Assembly (NCBI RefSeq): GCF_006345805.1
Contig: NC_043004.1
Location: 18,166,001-18,230,000, forward strand
Length of the DNA stretch: 64,000 nucleotides
Origin: Octopus sinensis
Taxonomy: Eukaryota
Reading direction: 5' to 3'
Each line of letters opens with the position of its first letter. Position 1 is the stretch's first letter. Both the position numbers and the translations under genes were made by a program. Below the pieces are notes generated by a model, which saw only the letters and a list, made by a program, of their open reading frames with translations, had not been told where the DNA came from and did not search any database. Positions 36,757 to 51,396 of this stretch are shown one piece after another.

Positions 36757-39700
36757 ATGATGATGATATCCACACCAGTGATTTCTCTCAATATTATTAA
36801 TGATTTCGTTTAGTAACAACAATAAAAATGAAAGCACACTTTTAGCTTATTTCAGAAGTTTGCATCTGTGTTTCTGTATATTGAATTAACTTTGCAACTG
36901 AACAGAAGCTGTTGTTCTGTTTCCTAAATAAAGATGCGGGTCTGTGTATATCATGGCCACTGCCACTCACCCAACTTGTATTCTAGACTAAACCATGAAA
37001 AAGAAAATTTGGAAATTGTTTTACCAGTGATGAGGATAGGGTAATTGGTAAAGATCCCCTTTGGTCATGAAGGACCATGGGATTGCACCTAGAAAGTTCC
37101 CCTCTGAGGCAGAAGTCTGGGCAAGGTTGTTAATGAAAGACCAGCAGTTGTCCATGCATGCCAGCCTCCCTGTACCAATAATGTTATCCAAGGGAAAAGC
37201 AAAGGCCGATACAGCTTGGCATCAGTGTGGTTAAGATTCTTGCTTGCCAATCATGTGGTCTTGGGTTCAGTCCCACTGCATGGCACCTTGGGCAAGAAAC
37301 TTCTTTTATAGCCCCAGACTGACCAAAGAGTTGTGAGCGAATATGACGGGGGGGGGGGAGCTGAAAGAAGTCCCTTGTGTGTGCGTAGGTGTGTACTCTA
37401 GACAACATGTGATGATTGTGCATATCATCATCATACAAGCAGTGTAGTTTATTTCCTGCCCTCCATGTAAAACATATCTAGCTATGAGGAGGTATGACCT
37501 TGCTTGGAAACAGGTGAGAGTTGGTGACAGAAAGAGCATCCAGCTGTAGAGAAATCTACCTCAATAAATTCTGTCTGAGCCGTGTGAGCATAGAAAAGTG
37601 GAGGTTAAATGATAGTGATGAACTGAAGCCTAAGACAACAAAGGGTCATATATGGTAGAGTACTTTTCTGATGGTTTGTCGCTATGCCTCCTATGTGCAA
37701 TTGCTACACATAACAGCATGGAGGCGCAATGGCCCAGTGGTTAGGACAGCAGCCTCACAATCGTAGGATCATGTTTATTGAGTGAAAACACCTAAAACTA
37801 CACAAGGCTCTGGTAGGGGCAGGGTGCGAACCCAGCTGTACTCTTTCACCACAACTTTCTCTCACTCTTTCTCCCTGTTTCTCTTGTACCTGTATTTCAA
37901 AGGGCCAGCCTTGTCACACTCTGTGTCACGCTGAATCTCCCCAAAAACTACATTAACGGTACATATGTCTGTGGAGTGCTAAGCCACCTGCATGTTAATT
38001 TCACAAGCAGACTGTTCTGTCGATTGGATCAACTGGAACCCTCATTGTCGTAACCGATGAAGTGCCATGACACATAACATACAGCAATTCTTTATTGCAA
38101 ATATAGTAGTGAAAGACTATCAGTTCACTGTTGCAGTCTAATAAGGGTGGAACACATAAAGAGATATCACAGTGTCTGCTGAAGATAATGATTAATTCCC
38201 CACCCATTTCCTCACTACATGCTTATTTCCAATTCTAAGATTTCAAGTTTAATTACCCTTTTCAAATTTGTTGAAATATGGAGTTTTTCCCAATATTAAG
38301 ATTTCAGGTTAATTAACCCTTTTCAAAATTGCTGAAATTTGGGCTTGTCAACCCCCGCATGTCTTGAAAGAATTTAAGCATTGATGCAGTCTTTAATTCA
38401 ATGTAAACACTTGATTAATTAAAATTTGCTTGCTTGTCACATTAACAGTTTTAGCAGTTACTTTACTAATTATTTTCCATGCAGATGGTATCCCAGAGTA
38501 ATTTTCCGGTCATTACAGTGTTCAGTTATATTCATCATCTTCATCATCATTATTTAATTCTCATTTTTTTCATACTTGCATGGGAATTTGCTGAAGCAGA
38601 TTTTCTACAGCTGGATGCCTTTCCTGTCACTAAACCTCACCTGTTTCCAAGCAAGATAATATTTCCCCATGACCAAACAAGCTTTTCCACGGAAGACTGG
38701 AAATGAACCTCACTTGTACAACAATGATGTTCATTTGCAACATTCATGTGATTTCAAGACAAGGCTACAAGCAAACACACACAACAATGTTCTTTCAATT
38801 TCCATCTACCAAATCCATTAAGCCAAGTCATTACTTCCATTTTATGAAGTGATAAGTAGATAAGAAAGAACACTTCTCCTGGATAGGACATCAATACATA
38901 TAACTTCACCAGACAGTTCAAGAGTCTATACTTGACAACCATTGTAAAAGTGTTCCACCCAATGGTATAAACAGTTTACAGTAGGTTTTGAACTTATGTC
39001 TTGGTTGCTCAAAAGTATATCCATTTAGCCATTTTGTCTGAAATTCCTTTCAGGTTACTTTTTCTCTTTTCTCAAATGGGATGGTCACGTATCCACTTCA
39101 CAGCAACATGCCTGTTCTAGTCAAACGTTAATCTTTCAACATAAAGCCACCTCCCTCAATACTCTATGCCCTCAGCTGATCTCACAAGAGCCAAGCCACA
39201 AAAAATGTACCCAGGATATTCTGTGGAGTGGTTGGCATTAGGAAGGACATCCAGAGATAGAGACCAGGCCAAAGCAAACTTTGGGTTAGATGCAGTCGTC
39301 TGGCTCATTCATTCCTGTTAAATTGTTCAACTCTGTCAGATGGAAGGACGACATTAAATTATGATTATCCAAGAGAATTTACATCCATTATATAATCCAC
39401 TTGTTTATACCTAAGCTTCCCAAAATGAAACATTACAAAATTGGAGGTTCTTTCAGAGTCCTGTCAAAAGCCTTATCAACATAGCAAAATGCATTTCCCT
39501 CTTTAGGGATCAACAAAATAAGTACAAAATAAATGAAATACCAGAGCTGATGTGATCAACCATCCCTCCCACCACCACCACCACTACCACCAGAATCTTT
39601 GGCCTGTGCCTAAGTGAAAAAAATCAATATTGCAAGGAACTGTTAGTTCATTCATCAGATATGTTCATTGATCAATTGAACTAATTAACACATTTTCCCC

Positions 39701-40858
39701 AAACTAACCCAGGCAACTAGCACGTTCATTGTTTAGTTGCATCTTCCAAATATCACTTTCTCCATTGGTGTATGTTACACTTCTGTTCCCTCTCCACTCC
39801 ATCAAAAGGTCTCAAACTAGTAAATCCATTTTTCACTGAAGTACCTCATCATAGTCTACAGCTCTCACATCTCTCCATGGAACTAAACAAACCGGCATCA
39901 ATCTCTATGATCTCTATTATACAATCATCTGAACTTACCTACTCAAAATAGCAAGTAAGTGGTTCAATATTCCATAGACACATCTACGCTTAATATTTTG
40001 GTACTAACCCACCTGAGACTGACTCTAGTTTTATGATACGATGCAAACTCTCTGCTTTAAAATTATCTAAATTTAAAACTTCCTTCACAATTTCATGTCA
40101 ATTCATGTTCCAAAAACCAGTTTAATAATGACAAATTTATTCTAACAAGATTTCCATGATTTTTAAAATGGACTGAAACAAAGGCAGTATATTTTGAGAG
40201 AAATATAGTAACAAAAGGGTTAATCTAGATTAAAAGCTTTCATCAAAATTTCAAGTGAATCTACAATCCAAACACCAGCTTTAATAAAGATAATGTTATT
40301 TTACTAAATTCTTCATAAGTTTCTCCCTTTCTTTTTTTTTTTTTGGCCTTGCAGGTACTTGGTAACCCTGTCAGTGCAGGTGCCACTTAAAAGCACCCAG
40401 TCCTCACTGTAAAGTGGTTGGTGTTCGGAAGGGCATCCAGCTATAAAAACCTTCCCAAAACTGACCTCGCCTGTGCTTGTGCCACGTAAAAACCACTAAG
40501 TCTGCTTTGCTGAGTGGTTGGTGTTAGGAAGCGCATCCAGCTGTAAAAATCCTGCTGAAACAGTTACAGAAGTCTTGCGCAGGCTTCTACTTGGCTGGCT
40601 CTTGTCAAACCATTCCACCCATGCCAGCATGTAGGGCGGATGTTGATGATGAATTGAAAGGAAAGTAGGGTAACCAGTGTTGGTTTGCTTACATCTGAGC
40701 AACATAGCAGTTCAGCAAAAGAAAGTGGCAAAAGAGATCAAACTTAAATTTTAAAAAATAAGAACTGGGGTCAATTTATTTGACACGATCCTTTGAAATG
40801 GTGTCCAAGCATGACTGTAGTCCAATGACTGAAACAAGAATACAGTAGACGTACTTAC

Positions 40859-40940
40859 CTGCTCTACCACAACAGAGGCTATTATCACGATGCTGCTCAC
40901 AAAATTACTGTTGGCCACTAATGGAATATTATCATAATTC
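40859..40940 (-). CDS. NBEAL1: Neurobeachin-like exon (most 5' found): (R)NYDNIPLVANSNFVSSIVIIASVVVEQ
   Basis: Acceptor ttcatcttcag, donor cag|gtaagt; 82 nt (1+81). Resembles NBEAL1 [28 protein letters not shown]; its phase joins the next exon correctly. Confidence 0.87.
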
Positions 40941-41762
40941 CTGAAGATGAAAAGAAAAGAGAAGAAAAACATGAAAAAATAAGAAAAACAAGATGGATAT
41001 TTACCAAAAAAACTTATTTTAATTATAATTTTAATAACAATATTTATTTAAAAAGTTATTGATTGAAAATAAAAGTGACAAGAAAGAAAGCGGTGGGTAG
41101 AGGAAGGAAGAGGCAGAATGAAAAAGAGAAAGGAAAACAGCAAAGAGAGAGAAAGAAGATAAGAAGATGAGAGAGAGAGAGAATTAAAGAAAAGAGAGCT
41201 CTAGGTGACAGATGATTGTTCTCAAAGAAATAGCAGCCAAATTTCCCTCATATCTTTCTGTCTCTAAAAAAAAACAAAAAAGAAAGAAAGCGTGAAAGAT
41301 TGGATAATATAAATGAAATTGTCTCTATGTGGTCATTCAGCTTTCTAGCAATAATAGCAAAACAAATGTCTCCCAAATCATATTGTCTTAAAAAAAGTGG
41401 GGGAAAATATTGGACATTATAATTCTAGATGTACATATATTTTTGGTCATAACTTTGCAGAACCAGGGCTAACATCAGCAAGAACAACTTCTGCCTTCAT
41501 AATGTTGTGATTGAGTTATTGATCTTTAGCCCCAGGTAAGTAGACCTATCATCAAAGATGTTTCAGCCATGTTCACCTTGTTTTATTTTCAGATGTAGAT
41601 CACCATCACTGCTTTCATCCACCTGCTATTTGCAACGAGTGGATGACAACAAAATCATAGCAGTGGTGTACCACTTTGGAAGCCACTCATGGTAACACAA
41701 AATATCATAGCAAAACCTACATGTCTTGTGTCTTGTATGGCAACTCGACCAAAATATAAACA

Positions 41763-41923
41763 AGGTGTAGGAGTGGCTGTGTGGTTAGTAGCTTGCTTAC
41801 CAACCACATGGTTTCGGGTTCAGTCCCACTGCGTGGCACCTTGGACAAGTGTCTTCTACTATAGCCTCAGGCCGATCCAAGCCTTGTGAGTGGATTTGGT
41901 AGACGGAAACTGAAAGCCTGTTG

Positions 41924-41990
<67 letters not shown>

Positions 41991-42204
41991 TTGTGTGTCT
42001 GTGTTTGTCCCCCCCCCCCAACATTGCTTGACAACCGATGCTGGTGTGTTTACGTCCCCTTAACTTAGCGGTTCGGCAAAAGAGACCAATAGAATAAGTA
42101 CTAAGCTTACAAAGAATAAGTCCTGGGGTCGATTTGCTCGACTAAAGGCAGTGCTCCAGCATAACCACAGTCAAATGACTGAAACAAGTAAAAGAGTAAA
42201 AGAG
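41763..42204 (+). mobile_element. SINE family B, full length, young
   Basis: Complete head, internal (TA)(TG)n, tail gactgaaacaagtaaaagagtaaaagag. Confidence 0.87.
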
Positions 42205-43056
42205 CAACTATACAATTGACCTGAAAGAAGATAAAATTGAAGTATCAATATTGCCATAATGTAGCTTATATAAGACGAATCTATAGTTTTATACTTTATC
42301 CCAGTAATCTGTCACAGCATTGTATTAACATACACAGAATCCTATATTTCCTCAACAAAACCACTTTAAAATATCTTTCAATAGGTGTATGATGAAACTT
42401 ACTAAATATGTATTTTTCCCCAAAATATAGTTGTAAAATAGTGGCGTATCATATGCGAATGTACATTTTACACACTTGTCAATATGGTAAACAAAACACT
42501 TGTTAAGTCAGAATTGCCTTAGGTTTATTCAGCCATCCAGTACATGGGTTTGATCATCCCCATTAACAACAAATGCCTTTATTTTAGAAGTAAACAGCTT
42601 TTTTATCTTCAATTTTTTTACCTGTTTCAGTCATGACATTGAGGCTATGCTGGGGCACTGCCTTCAAGAATTTTAGTTGAACAAATCAACCCCAGTACTT
42701 ATTTTTTTTATATATTTTAAGCCTGAGACTTATTTTGTTGCTCCCTTTTGCCGAACCTCTAAGTTACGAGGACATGAATACACCAACAACAGTTGTTTAG
42801 CAGTGGGCGGAACACACACACACACACACACACACAAATATCTATATGATGGGCTTCTTTCAGTTTCTGCTCACCAAATCCACTCACAAGGTTTTGCTTA
42901 GACCAGGGCCATAGTAGAAAACACTTGCCCGCAGTGCCATGCAGTAGGACTGAACCCAGAACCATGCGGTTGGGAAGTAAACTACTACCGCACAGCATAC
43001 CAACACCTAGTACTAAACTGCACTGAAACAAGGAACTCCTGTTTGTATAAACTGCC

Positions 43057-44057
43057 TTAAAAATAGGATTCCCAGTTCATGCCCATTCTGGTGTTATATA
43101 CACAACCAGGAGTAAGACATCTGCAGACAATGAGAGAACAAATATGGAAATACTGCTCATTTCTGAAGACAATGATTAATAGGACAAGATGGAGGTAATC
43201 AATAAGCAATATTGTTTTGTAAAAAGAAAGATTAGCCAGTGTCATTGCAAAGGTTTTCAATGAAGGAAGTCCACAAGGTCAGGTAGAGACTGTAATGGCT
43301 GTTGTCATGGTGACAGCAGCAGTAATAGTAGTAAAAAAGAGACTCCCAGTCCCTATGCAAAAATAAACCAAACACTATATAGCAAGGGTGGGGAAGCCCC
43401 TGCCCATGGGTGCAATTGCGCCCACAGGCCCGTTTTATTGCGCCCACAGGCTGATTTACTTGTATGTACAAAATACAGTAAATTTTTCAATTATGAAATT
43501 TATACAACATTCATATGCCTATCTGCAACATATGTCGTGTTTCCACTATGACATAAAACGGTTAGACTCAAACAGAAAATTGTCTGGTAATTGCCATTTG
43601 AATGGAAATTTTGTTTTCACTATGAAACACATATTGCCTCTTGAGACTCAACTACACTCAAGCTGAAAAATATAGAATACCTCATAAGTAATATAAATGT
43701 TCTAAATTCAGTGGCAGCATTAATGAAGATCTTTATCTTCATCATCATTTAATGTTCATTGTCCATGCTGGCATGGGTTGGACAGTTTGACTAGGCTGGC
43801 CTGCTGGAAGGCTGCACCAGGCTCCAGTCTGATTTGGCATGGTTTTCTACAGCTTGATGTCCTTCCTAACGCTAACCACTCTGAGAGAGTAGTGGGTGCT
43901 TTTATGTGCCACCGGTATCTGTCACAACTGCAATTTGGCTCAGCTTGATGGGTCTTCTTCTCCAGCATTTCCATATTTCTTCTCTGATCATCAGCATCTT
44001 ATTCCTGGTTGTGTATATAACACCAGAATGGGCATGAACTGGGAATCCTATTTTTAA
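43057..44057. repeat. Inverted repeat pair about 1 kb apart (55 bp perfect plus about 45 bp diverged)
   Basis: 43057-43111 is the exact reverse complement of 44003-44057. Confidence 0.85.
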
Positions 44058-44070
44058 AGATGTTTTTAAA

Positions 44071-44392
44071 GTGTCAGTGGCACGTAAAAAGCACCATCCG
44101 AATCGTGGCCAAAGCCAGTGCCGCCTCGACTGGCTTCCGTGCAGGTGGCACGTAAAATGCACCAATCTGACCGTGGCCGATGCCAGCCTCGCCTGGCACC
44201 AGTGCAGGTGGCACGTAAAAAGCACCCACTACACTCACGGAGTGGTTGGCGTTAGGAAGGGCATCCAGCTGTAGAAACATTGCCAGATAAGACCGGAGCC
44301 TGATGCAGCCTTCTGGCTTCCCAGATCCCCAGTCAAACTGTCCAACCCATGCTAGCATGGAGAACGGACGTTAAACGATGATGATGATGATG
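44071..44392 (+). mobile_element. Young RTE 3' UTR fragment with three repeat units
   Basis: Near-identical in reverse to about 27340-27652. Confidence 0.85.
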
Positions 44393-46698
44393 TTATGTGT
44401 TACTTTAAATGTGTCAAACTTAGCTTTATTAATGTTTATTGAGTTATACATAGATATATACAAGCTCGACACAGATATAAGAGTTAGAACTTGTGATCCA
44501 CCTGCAGACCTTTTCCATTGGAAATTTTTGCCTGCTGCACTAAAAAGTTTTCCACCCCAGCTATACAGTATGGAGCAGGTGAATGAGGGGAGTTTATCAG
44601 ACACTTCTCTTTGCTTTGTTCTTTTTCCTTGTATTTTGTTTCTGTTTTGATGTGTCTTAGAAAGCGCGAGAGTATGACTGAAAAGGTCATAATAACGTCT
44701 TTCACAATTCTTATTTCCTTTTCTTATATCTAACCACAAAATGCTCTTTGAGGGTGAGAATGCACAGATTATAGAATCAATCCCCAGTATGTTACTAGGG
44801 CCTTATTAACACCTGAAAAGAATAAAAGACGAAGGTTGACCTTGGTTTATTTTGCAGAAAACATTAGGAAAAAGGTAATAATGTTAAAGGAAATATGTAG
44901 GAAATATGTAGACCAACTCTGTGCTCCATTCACTCAGCAAGAGAATGAATTTCTAAAGACATTCAGATATATTTTTACTTTAGTTTTGCATTTATATGCA
45001 CAAAGATTATATCATCAGCTACAATTTCTATCTGAGAAGAAATACTGCACCCACCCCCAACCCCCGAACAGGTAATAACTCAGCTAGCGTTGATGACGAA
45101 ACTGCTTTTGTGCAAAGTCACCGAAGAATATAAGAAAAGTATTCTGACATACTAGCATTCAAGTTAACCGATCATTGTTAAGCAGAGAGATAGGCGGGGG
45201 GGGGGGGGGGATAATAAGCTGAAACTTATATACTGGGCAAGTGAAGTAGGTAGACACGACAGCCAAGTAGATAGATGGAAGGACATCCATGAAGCTGGAC
45301 AGAAGGACAGATAAGTAGGTAAATATAAGGACAGACAGTCAATTAGGTAGGCAGAAGAATGGCCAGTTAGGTGAACAGAAGAGCAGACATGTAGGTGAAG
45401 GGATGGATAGGTAGATAGTTAGACAGGTAGATAGCCAAGTAGACAGATGGAATGTCAACTAGGGGGAAAGATTAGAGAGCTAGACAAGTATATAGTACAA
45501 TTAGATAAGGAGAAACGACAGTTGACAGTTATGTAGGTAGATATGGCAGCCAGGTAGGTGCAGAGTACAGGACAATTAGATGGTTAGATAGGACAGCCAA
45601 GTACTTGCCTGTACTTATGTTGACATTCACCTAGAATGAGCTGAGCTGGCCCTGGTCAAAGAATATGTAGAACAACATACAAGAGCCAACCACATTTGGT
45701 CAATATTCCAATGGCAGACACCATGCATCAAGAAGGACAACTTAATTAACACCCCATCAATGACAACAACAAGGGTTCCAACTGATCCAATCAATAGAAC
45801 AGCCTGCTCATGAAATTAACATGCAGATGGCTGAGTACTCCACAGACACATGTAACATTAACATATTTCATAGGGAGATTCAGCATGACATAGAATGCAA
45901 CAAGATTGGCCCTTTGAATTACAGGTACAACTCAGTTTTGCCAGCTGAATAGACTGGAGCAATGTAAAATAAAGTGTCTTGCTTAAGGATATAATGCGCC
46001 GCTGTGAATGAGCTACATACCCTAAGCAGAAAATCATCCACTTCACTGCTATCCAGCACTTCAAGAAGGACTAGATATCAATTCCTGGGGCATAAGCCCC
46101 AGGAATCATAAGGTCAGGACTTAATCCATATTTCCATGAGCATATAAGTGACTAAGATTAGAATATTCAGCCACACCTCTGAATGGATCACCAGCCCATT
46201 GCAGGGCCAACCTGCCAGTTATTGTTGGAACTCATTGACAGCTGAGTGAACTGGAGCAACAGGAAATTGTTTTTGATCACAAACACAATGTGCTACCTGA
46301 TCAAAGAATCAGAACCACTAGTGGCTAAGTTGCAACACCCTAACCACTAGGACATGAGCAGTCACTACTTGACAGCACTACGCTGTGTTTTTAACTGTCT
46401 ACCTCACCATTTATGTCAAACCAAGAGGAACTTGAGCAAAACTGCATCACGGATGAGTTCATTTTGTAGCTAATAGGGGTAAGCAACAAACTGATCAGAG
46501 ATGCTTTTTTTGATCAAGAATTATTAAAGGGCAACAATATGACAATTACGAAAATTTCTGATTTTGGCAGAAGATCCAAGCTGCAAAAACAGAGGATTCG
46601 GGCAAAGACAAAATGGGTCAAATACTTTCAAATACTTTTTAATAATAGATGCAGAGCAACACCATTCTTAGGATACATTATGAATATGTGTGTGTTAA

Positions 46699-46917
46699 AC
46701 CATTAGCATTTGACTGGCCATATCAGGCCCAAATATTCTGCTTGTTTTACGTTCAGACTAACCAGTTCCAACATCTCATACCTACCCAATAACATCATTC
46801 CAAAAATAAGTAATCACAACTTTGGAATCTCAAAGCTACGAGACAATGCATGATTAATTCAAAACAATGTGAATAAATAAGAAATACGTTTGACAGAAAA
46901 ACCTGAATGCCAAAGAG
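46699..46917. mobile_element. piggyBac-like MITE (second family, degenerate)
   Basis: TTAA|accattagcatt ... gaatgccaaagag|TTAA; a related end ttaaccctttagcattcag lies at about 32596. Confidence 0.6.
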
Positions 46918-46942
46918 TTAAGTGAGGCATTTTTCTAAGTGC

Positions 46943-46976
<34 letters not shown>

Positions 46977-47657
46977 ACGCATGCACATGTGAGTGCACAC
47001 ACATGTATGTTATTTTTCCATTATAAAAATTCTACAGTGTTCTATCTGTCTGAGCAAGTTGTGAAGAACATCCTGCCAATCAGAGATTCTATCTGTGCTA
47101 TGTCAATTATTTTAAAAGAATCTGCAAGTTAAGAGAACATTGCCTTCTTCCTTCTTCCTGCTATTCCCTCCCCCCCCCCACACTTCATATTCTCATAAGA
47201 AGCATCACGCCTCTACATCTTATATTTTTCTTAGCTGTCAAAGAGTGGAGGCGAGAGGACAGACTGCCATTATGAAATGGTATACTGTAATTACTTCACA
47301 CTTATTATTGCTATTAATATTTTGAAGGGAAACAGTCAACATGAAAATAAATCTATAAATCTGACAAAATAATGGCATTAAATTTTGGCACAAGGCTGGG
47401 AAATTTTTTATGGGAGAGTGCAGGTCAGTTGCATTGAGCCCTAGCACTTGAATGGCACTGATTTTATCAGCCACAAAAGGATGAATGGCAAAATTGAACT
47501 CACTGGAATTTGTAGTCATAGCAGAAGAAATGCCACTAAACATTTTGGCCGATGCATTAACAGTTCTACCATGTTGCCTTAATCTGACAAAATAATGACA
47601 ACAGATTTTGACATAATGGAATACTTCTTTTTTGTCTGACTCTGGATATACAGAATT

Positions 47658-47708
<51 letters not shown>

Positions 47709-47982
47709 CTTTATTGCCCACAGGTGGCTAAACATAGAGGGGACAAACAAGGACAGACAAAGGGATTATGTCAATTACATCGACCCCAGTGCATAACGGG
47801 TACTTATTTTATATCAAACCCACAAGGATGAAAGCAAAGTCGACCTCAGTGGAATTTGAACTCAGAATGTAACGGCAGATAAAATACCACTAAGCATTTC
47901 GCCTGGCGTGCTAACGATTCTGTATGTATGCAAGCATGTATGTATGTACGTACGTACGTATATATATATATATATATATATA

Positions 47983-48522
47983 TCTTATATAAAATCCATT
48001 CTGTCTGTCTGTGTGTGTGTCTTCTCGGATCTCAGGCATCCTCCATCCGATTGCGCTCAAATTTGATATGTAGATACTGACGGTATCAGGGCGTGTATAA
48101 GTCTTGAAAAAATTACAAAAATCGATTCCAGGTGAGAATGTGATCGATAAAGCTGTTTTTGTCCAGCTTTTCTTCCGTCAACCTGTACATAACTGCACCT
48201 TCCATTTTTTGTTGTTTTTGTACTGCTTAAAGGCACGTTTCTTTCCTGCCAAACTTACTCTTTAAACCATGTTTCTGTTCTTCCAGTCATTACTGGTACT
48301 TTAAACTCTTCGGTTGCATATTTGTGTGAATAAAATCGTTTTTCTTTGGAATAGAAAAAAGTCTATCTTTATTTCTTCTTTTGCTGGTGTCTCAAATTTA
48401 GGTTAAATCAGTGTTTCTCAAAGGGGAGGCCTATGAAACGGTCGGACAAGTTGTTTTGAGAAAATTTGGTTTAAATGTTTGACAACTCAGTACCGTCCAT
48501 TGGACAGAGGGGCGTTTTGCTC

Positions 48523-48523
<1 letters not shown>
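47983..48523 (+). mobile_element. Non-autonomous Helitron-like element
   Basis: 5' A|TC ttatataaaa followed by (tgtc)n and atccgattgcgctcaaattt; 3' hairpin gtccattggac shortly before CTCG|T; no TIR or TSD; inserted in (TA)n. Confidence 0.6.
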
Positions 48524-48563
<40 letters not shown>

Positions 48564-49299
48564 TATATATATATATCTATATATATATATATATACATAT
48601 ATACACATACACACACACATACATACATACACACACATGCACACACACACACATGGTTCTTTCAGTTTTCATCTTCCAAATCCACTCACAAGCATTTGGT
48701 TGTCTCAGGGCTATAGTAGAAAACACTTGCCCAAGATGCCAAGTAGTGGGACTGAACCTGGAACCAAGTAATTGGGATACAAGCTTCTTAACCACACAGC
48801 CATGCCTGCACCTGTCTACGTGTGCATGTGTGTGCATGCATGTGTGTGTGTGTGTGTGAGTGTAGGCACAGGCATAGCTGTGCCTTTAAAAAGCTTACTT
48901 TGCAAAGCACATGATTTCAGGTTCACTCCCATTGCAGGTGGGTGTCTTCTCCTTCAGCCTCAGGCCAAGCAAAGGTTTGTGTATGGATCTAGTAGACAGA
49001 AACTGTGTGGAAACCTGTCGTATATACACACTTGTATATATGTATGCACACATGTGTGTGTGTGTCTGTCTGTCTTTCCCTCACTCCCACTTGACAACTG
49101 GTGTTAATTTGTCTACACCCTCATGACTTTGTGGTTCAGCAAAAGAAACTGATTGATCAAATATTGGGGTTAATTTGTTTGACTAAAATCCTTCAGTGTG
49201 ATGCCCCAACATGGCCAAAAACCAATGACTGAATCAAATAAAAAAAAAAGACAAAAGACATATCTTAAATTGTGTGGCCCCTGCATACTTTCAATGCTA

Positions 49300-50140
49300 T
49301 GCTGCTACCAATAGAAGGGAAACACTGTGAGTCATTTCAACTGCTAGAAATAGCAGTTATGCCTTAGCTTATAAAAAGGCACATTGAATAATGGAGTCCT
49401 CGATACACTGTCCAAAACTATGATGGAATGATCATAGTTGGTATGTTTTTTGGTCAAAAGCATTCTTGGTCTAGAGTTCACCCAAGACTAAACAACAATA
49501 ACAACAAAATCACTAGTTTGTAAGAGGAAGCCTTTACACAGTCAGTCAACTTTCTAGAAATAGCAGCTAATTTTCTCTCAAATTACACCATAGTCATATA
49601 AAACAAAAGACACATTTATTAATGTCATCCTAAAGTCACACTACATGGGAAAAATAAATGAAATGGTCATGGTTGGAATACCTTTGATCATAGGTCTGCT
49701 TGAATGGGGCTAACTTAGGGTTAAAACAGCAACAAAAGTAAATACTGTCTATATGAACCACTACACAAAAGATTCTACCTGATCATTCAACATGCTTGAA
49801 ATAGTAGCCAAATCTCCCTTAAATTATATTCTACCATCTGAAAAGTGGAAAGGTACATTACATAATGTATTCCTTGATACAATATGCCTGATAAAATGAA
49901 AAAGAGATGGAGTGGTTCGATTGGAATGCATTTGATCATAGACCATTGGCTCAAACAGAGTTAAACTATTAAATGCTGTTTGTGTGAGCCAAAGAAAAAG
50001 ACTTTACACAGACACATGAACAGCTAGAAATAGTAGCCAAAATTCCCAACTCTCTCAAGTCACATCCTACAACCTACAAAAAGATGGAATGGCCACCACT
50101 GGGCTACTTTTTATCATACATCATCCTGGAACTAGAAATA
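49300..50140 (+). repeat. About four degenerate tandem copies of a 220-240-bp retroposon-tail-like repeat
   Basis: ctagaaatagcagc..aa, ggaat.c.tttgatcata and (c/t)taaa.aac ends recur; related copies at about 41200-41490 and 59830-60000. Confidence 0.6.
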
Positions 50141-51289
50141 GCAACAGCAAATCATTAGCACATTCCCTAACACAGATAGTCTCCCCACTTCTCGTATTCA
50201 CCATAGTCCTTACTACAAATCCAATTTTATCAACACTGCAGACAGCGCTATTATCAGCATTACCTTGATTGCCACCACTACTACCTTCTACTGCAACTGG
50301 CATGAAACAACAACAACAATCACAAATTCACTCACATCCAGTAGCTTAATTCATGAAAGTGTGCTAAAAATTGAAGTAAACAATTTTTCCTTGACTTTGA
50401 TTTTGATGTTGTTGTTGTTGTTGTTGGTATTTAGAAAGGAAAATGTTATTTTATATCTGTTGCGTTTAAAACAAAAAAAAACAGTCAAATTTAGTTATTT
50501 TTTTTTTGTTTTGGGGATTTTTTTGTTCATAATTTTCTTTTCTTTTGGCAAGTCCTGCCAACAATCTTATGCTCTCAGACTACACACATAATTAGAAGGT
50601 ATCAGAAGCCTAATTGGAAGGTTTGCTCAGATTTGATTAGTGGAATATGTACAAACCTCATATTGCAATCCAGCAGATGTTGAAAGAGAGAGATAAGGAG
50701 GGGAGAGACAGGGGTGGGGGAGATGGACGGGAGGAGGAGGTAGAGGAAAGAATAGAAAGAAAAGAGAGAGAGAGATCATGAATGAAGAAAATAAATGAGG
50801 TTTGAAGAGAAAAGAAGAACGATGGAAGAAAACAGAGACTGAAAGAAAGGAAAAAGGAAAGCGTGCAAAGGAAGAGAGCAAAAAAGAGAAAGAAAAAAAC
50901 AAAGGAAGAAAAAGGAAACAAAAAAAAGTACATTCACTTATCATTGACTTAACTCTTTATTTAATAACCTAATAAGTATGGTGTATCAAAGATTTGAGAG
51001 AAAACTGCAAAAGTTTCCAACTTTATCATCAAAAATAATTTGAAACAAACAAAAAAAAAATGATAATTTTATATAAATAGAAATGTATTTCCGTTGCAAG
51101 CAATATGAATGATAAACTGTGTATTCTGTTCTACCTGAGGTTTTGAATAAATAGTTAGATCTGTTTTATAGCTAGAAATGAAAGCCTTTAACCTAAAACA
51201 AATTTGGCAGTCATGTCATTCATATACACTAACTAGTTTGAAGTTTTCCATTCAGGTTTTATGCAAACATATTACCTCAACCAAGTCAT

Positions 51290-51369
<80 letters not shown>

Positions 51370-51396
51370 AGGAGAGAGAGAGATTGATACACACAC

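Noticed and set aside
46408-46472. Possible missing NBEAL1 exon (LQNELIRDAVLLKFLLV) with ag/gtgag ends
   Set aside because: In-frame stop in the similar-looking frame, and the other frames give an incompatible phase.
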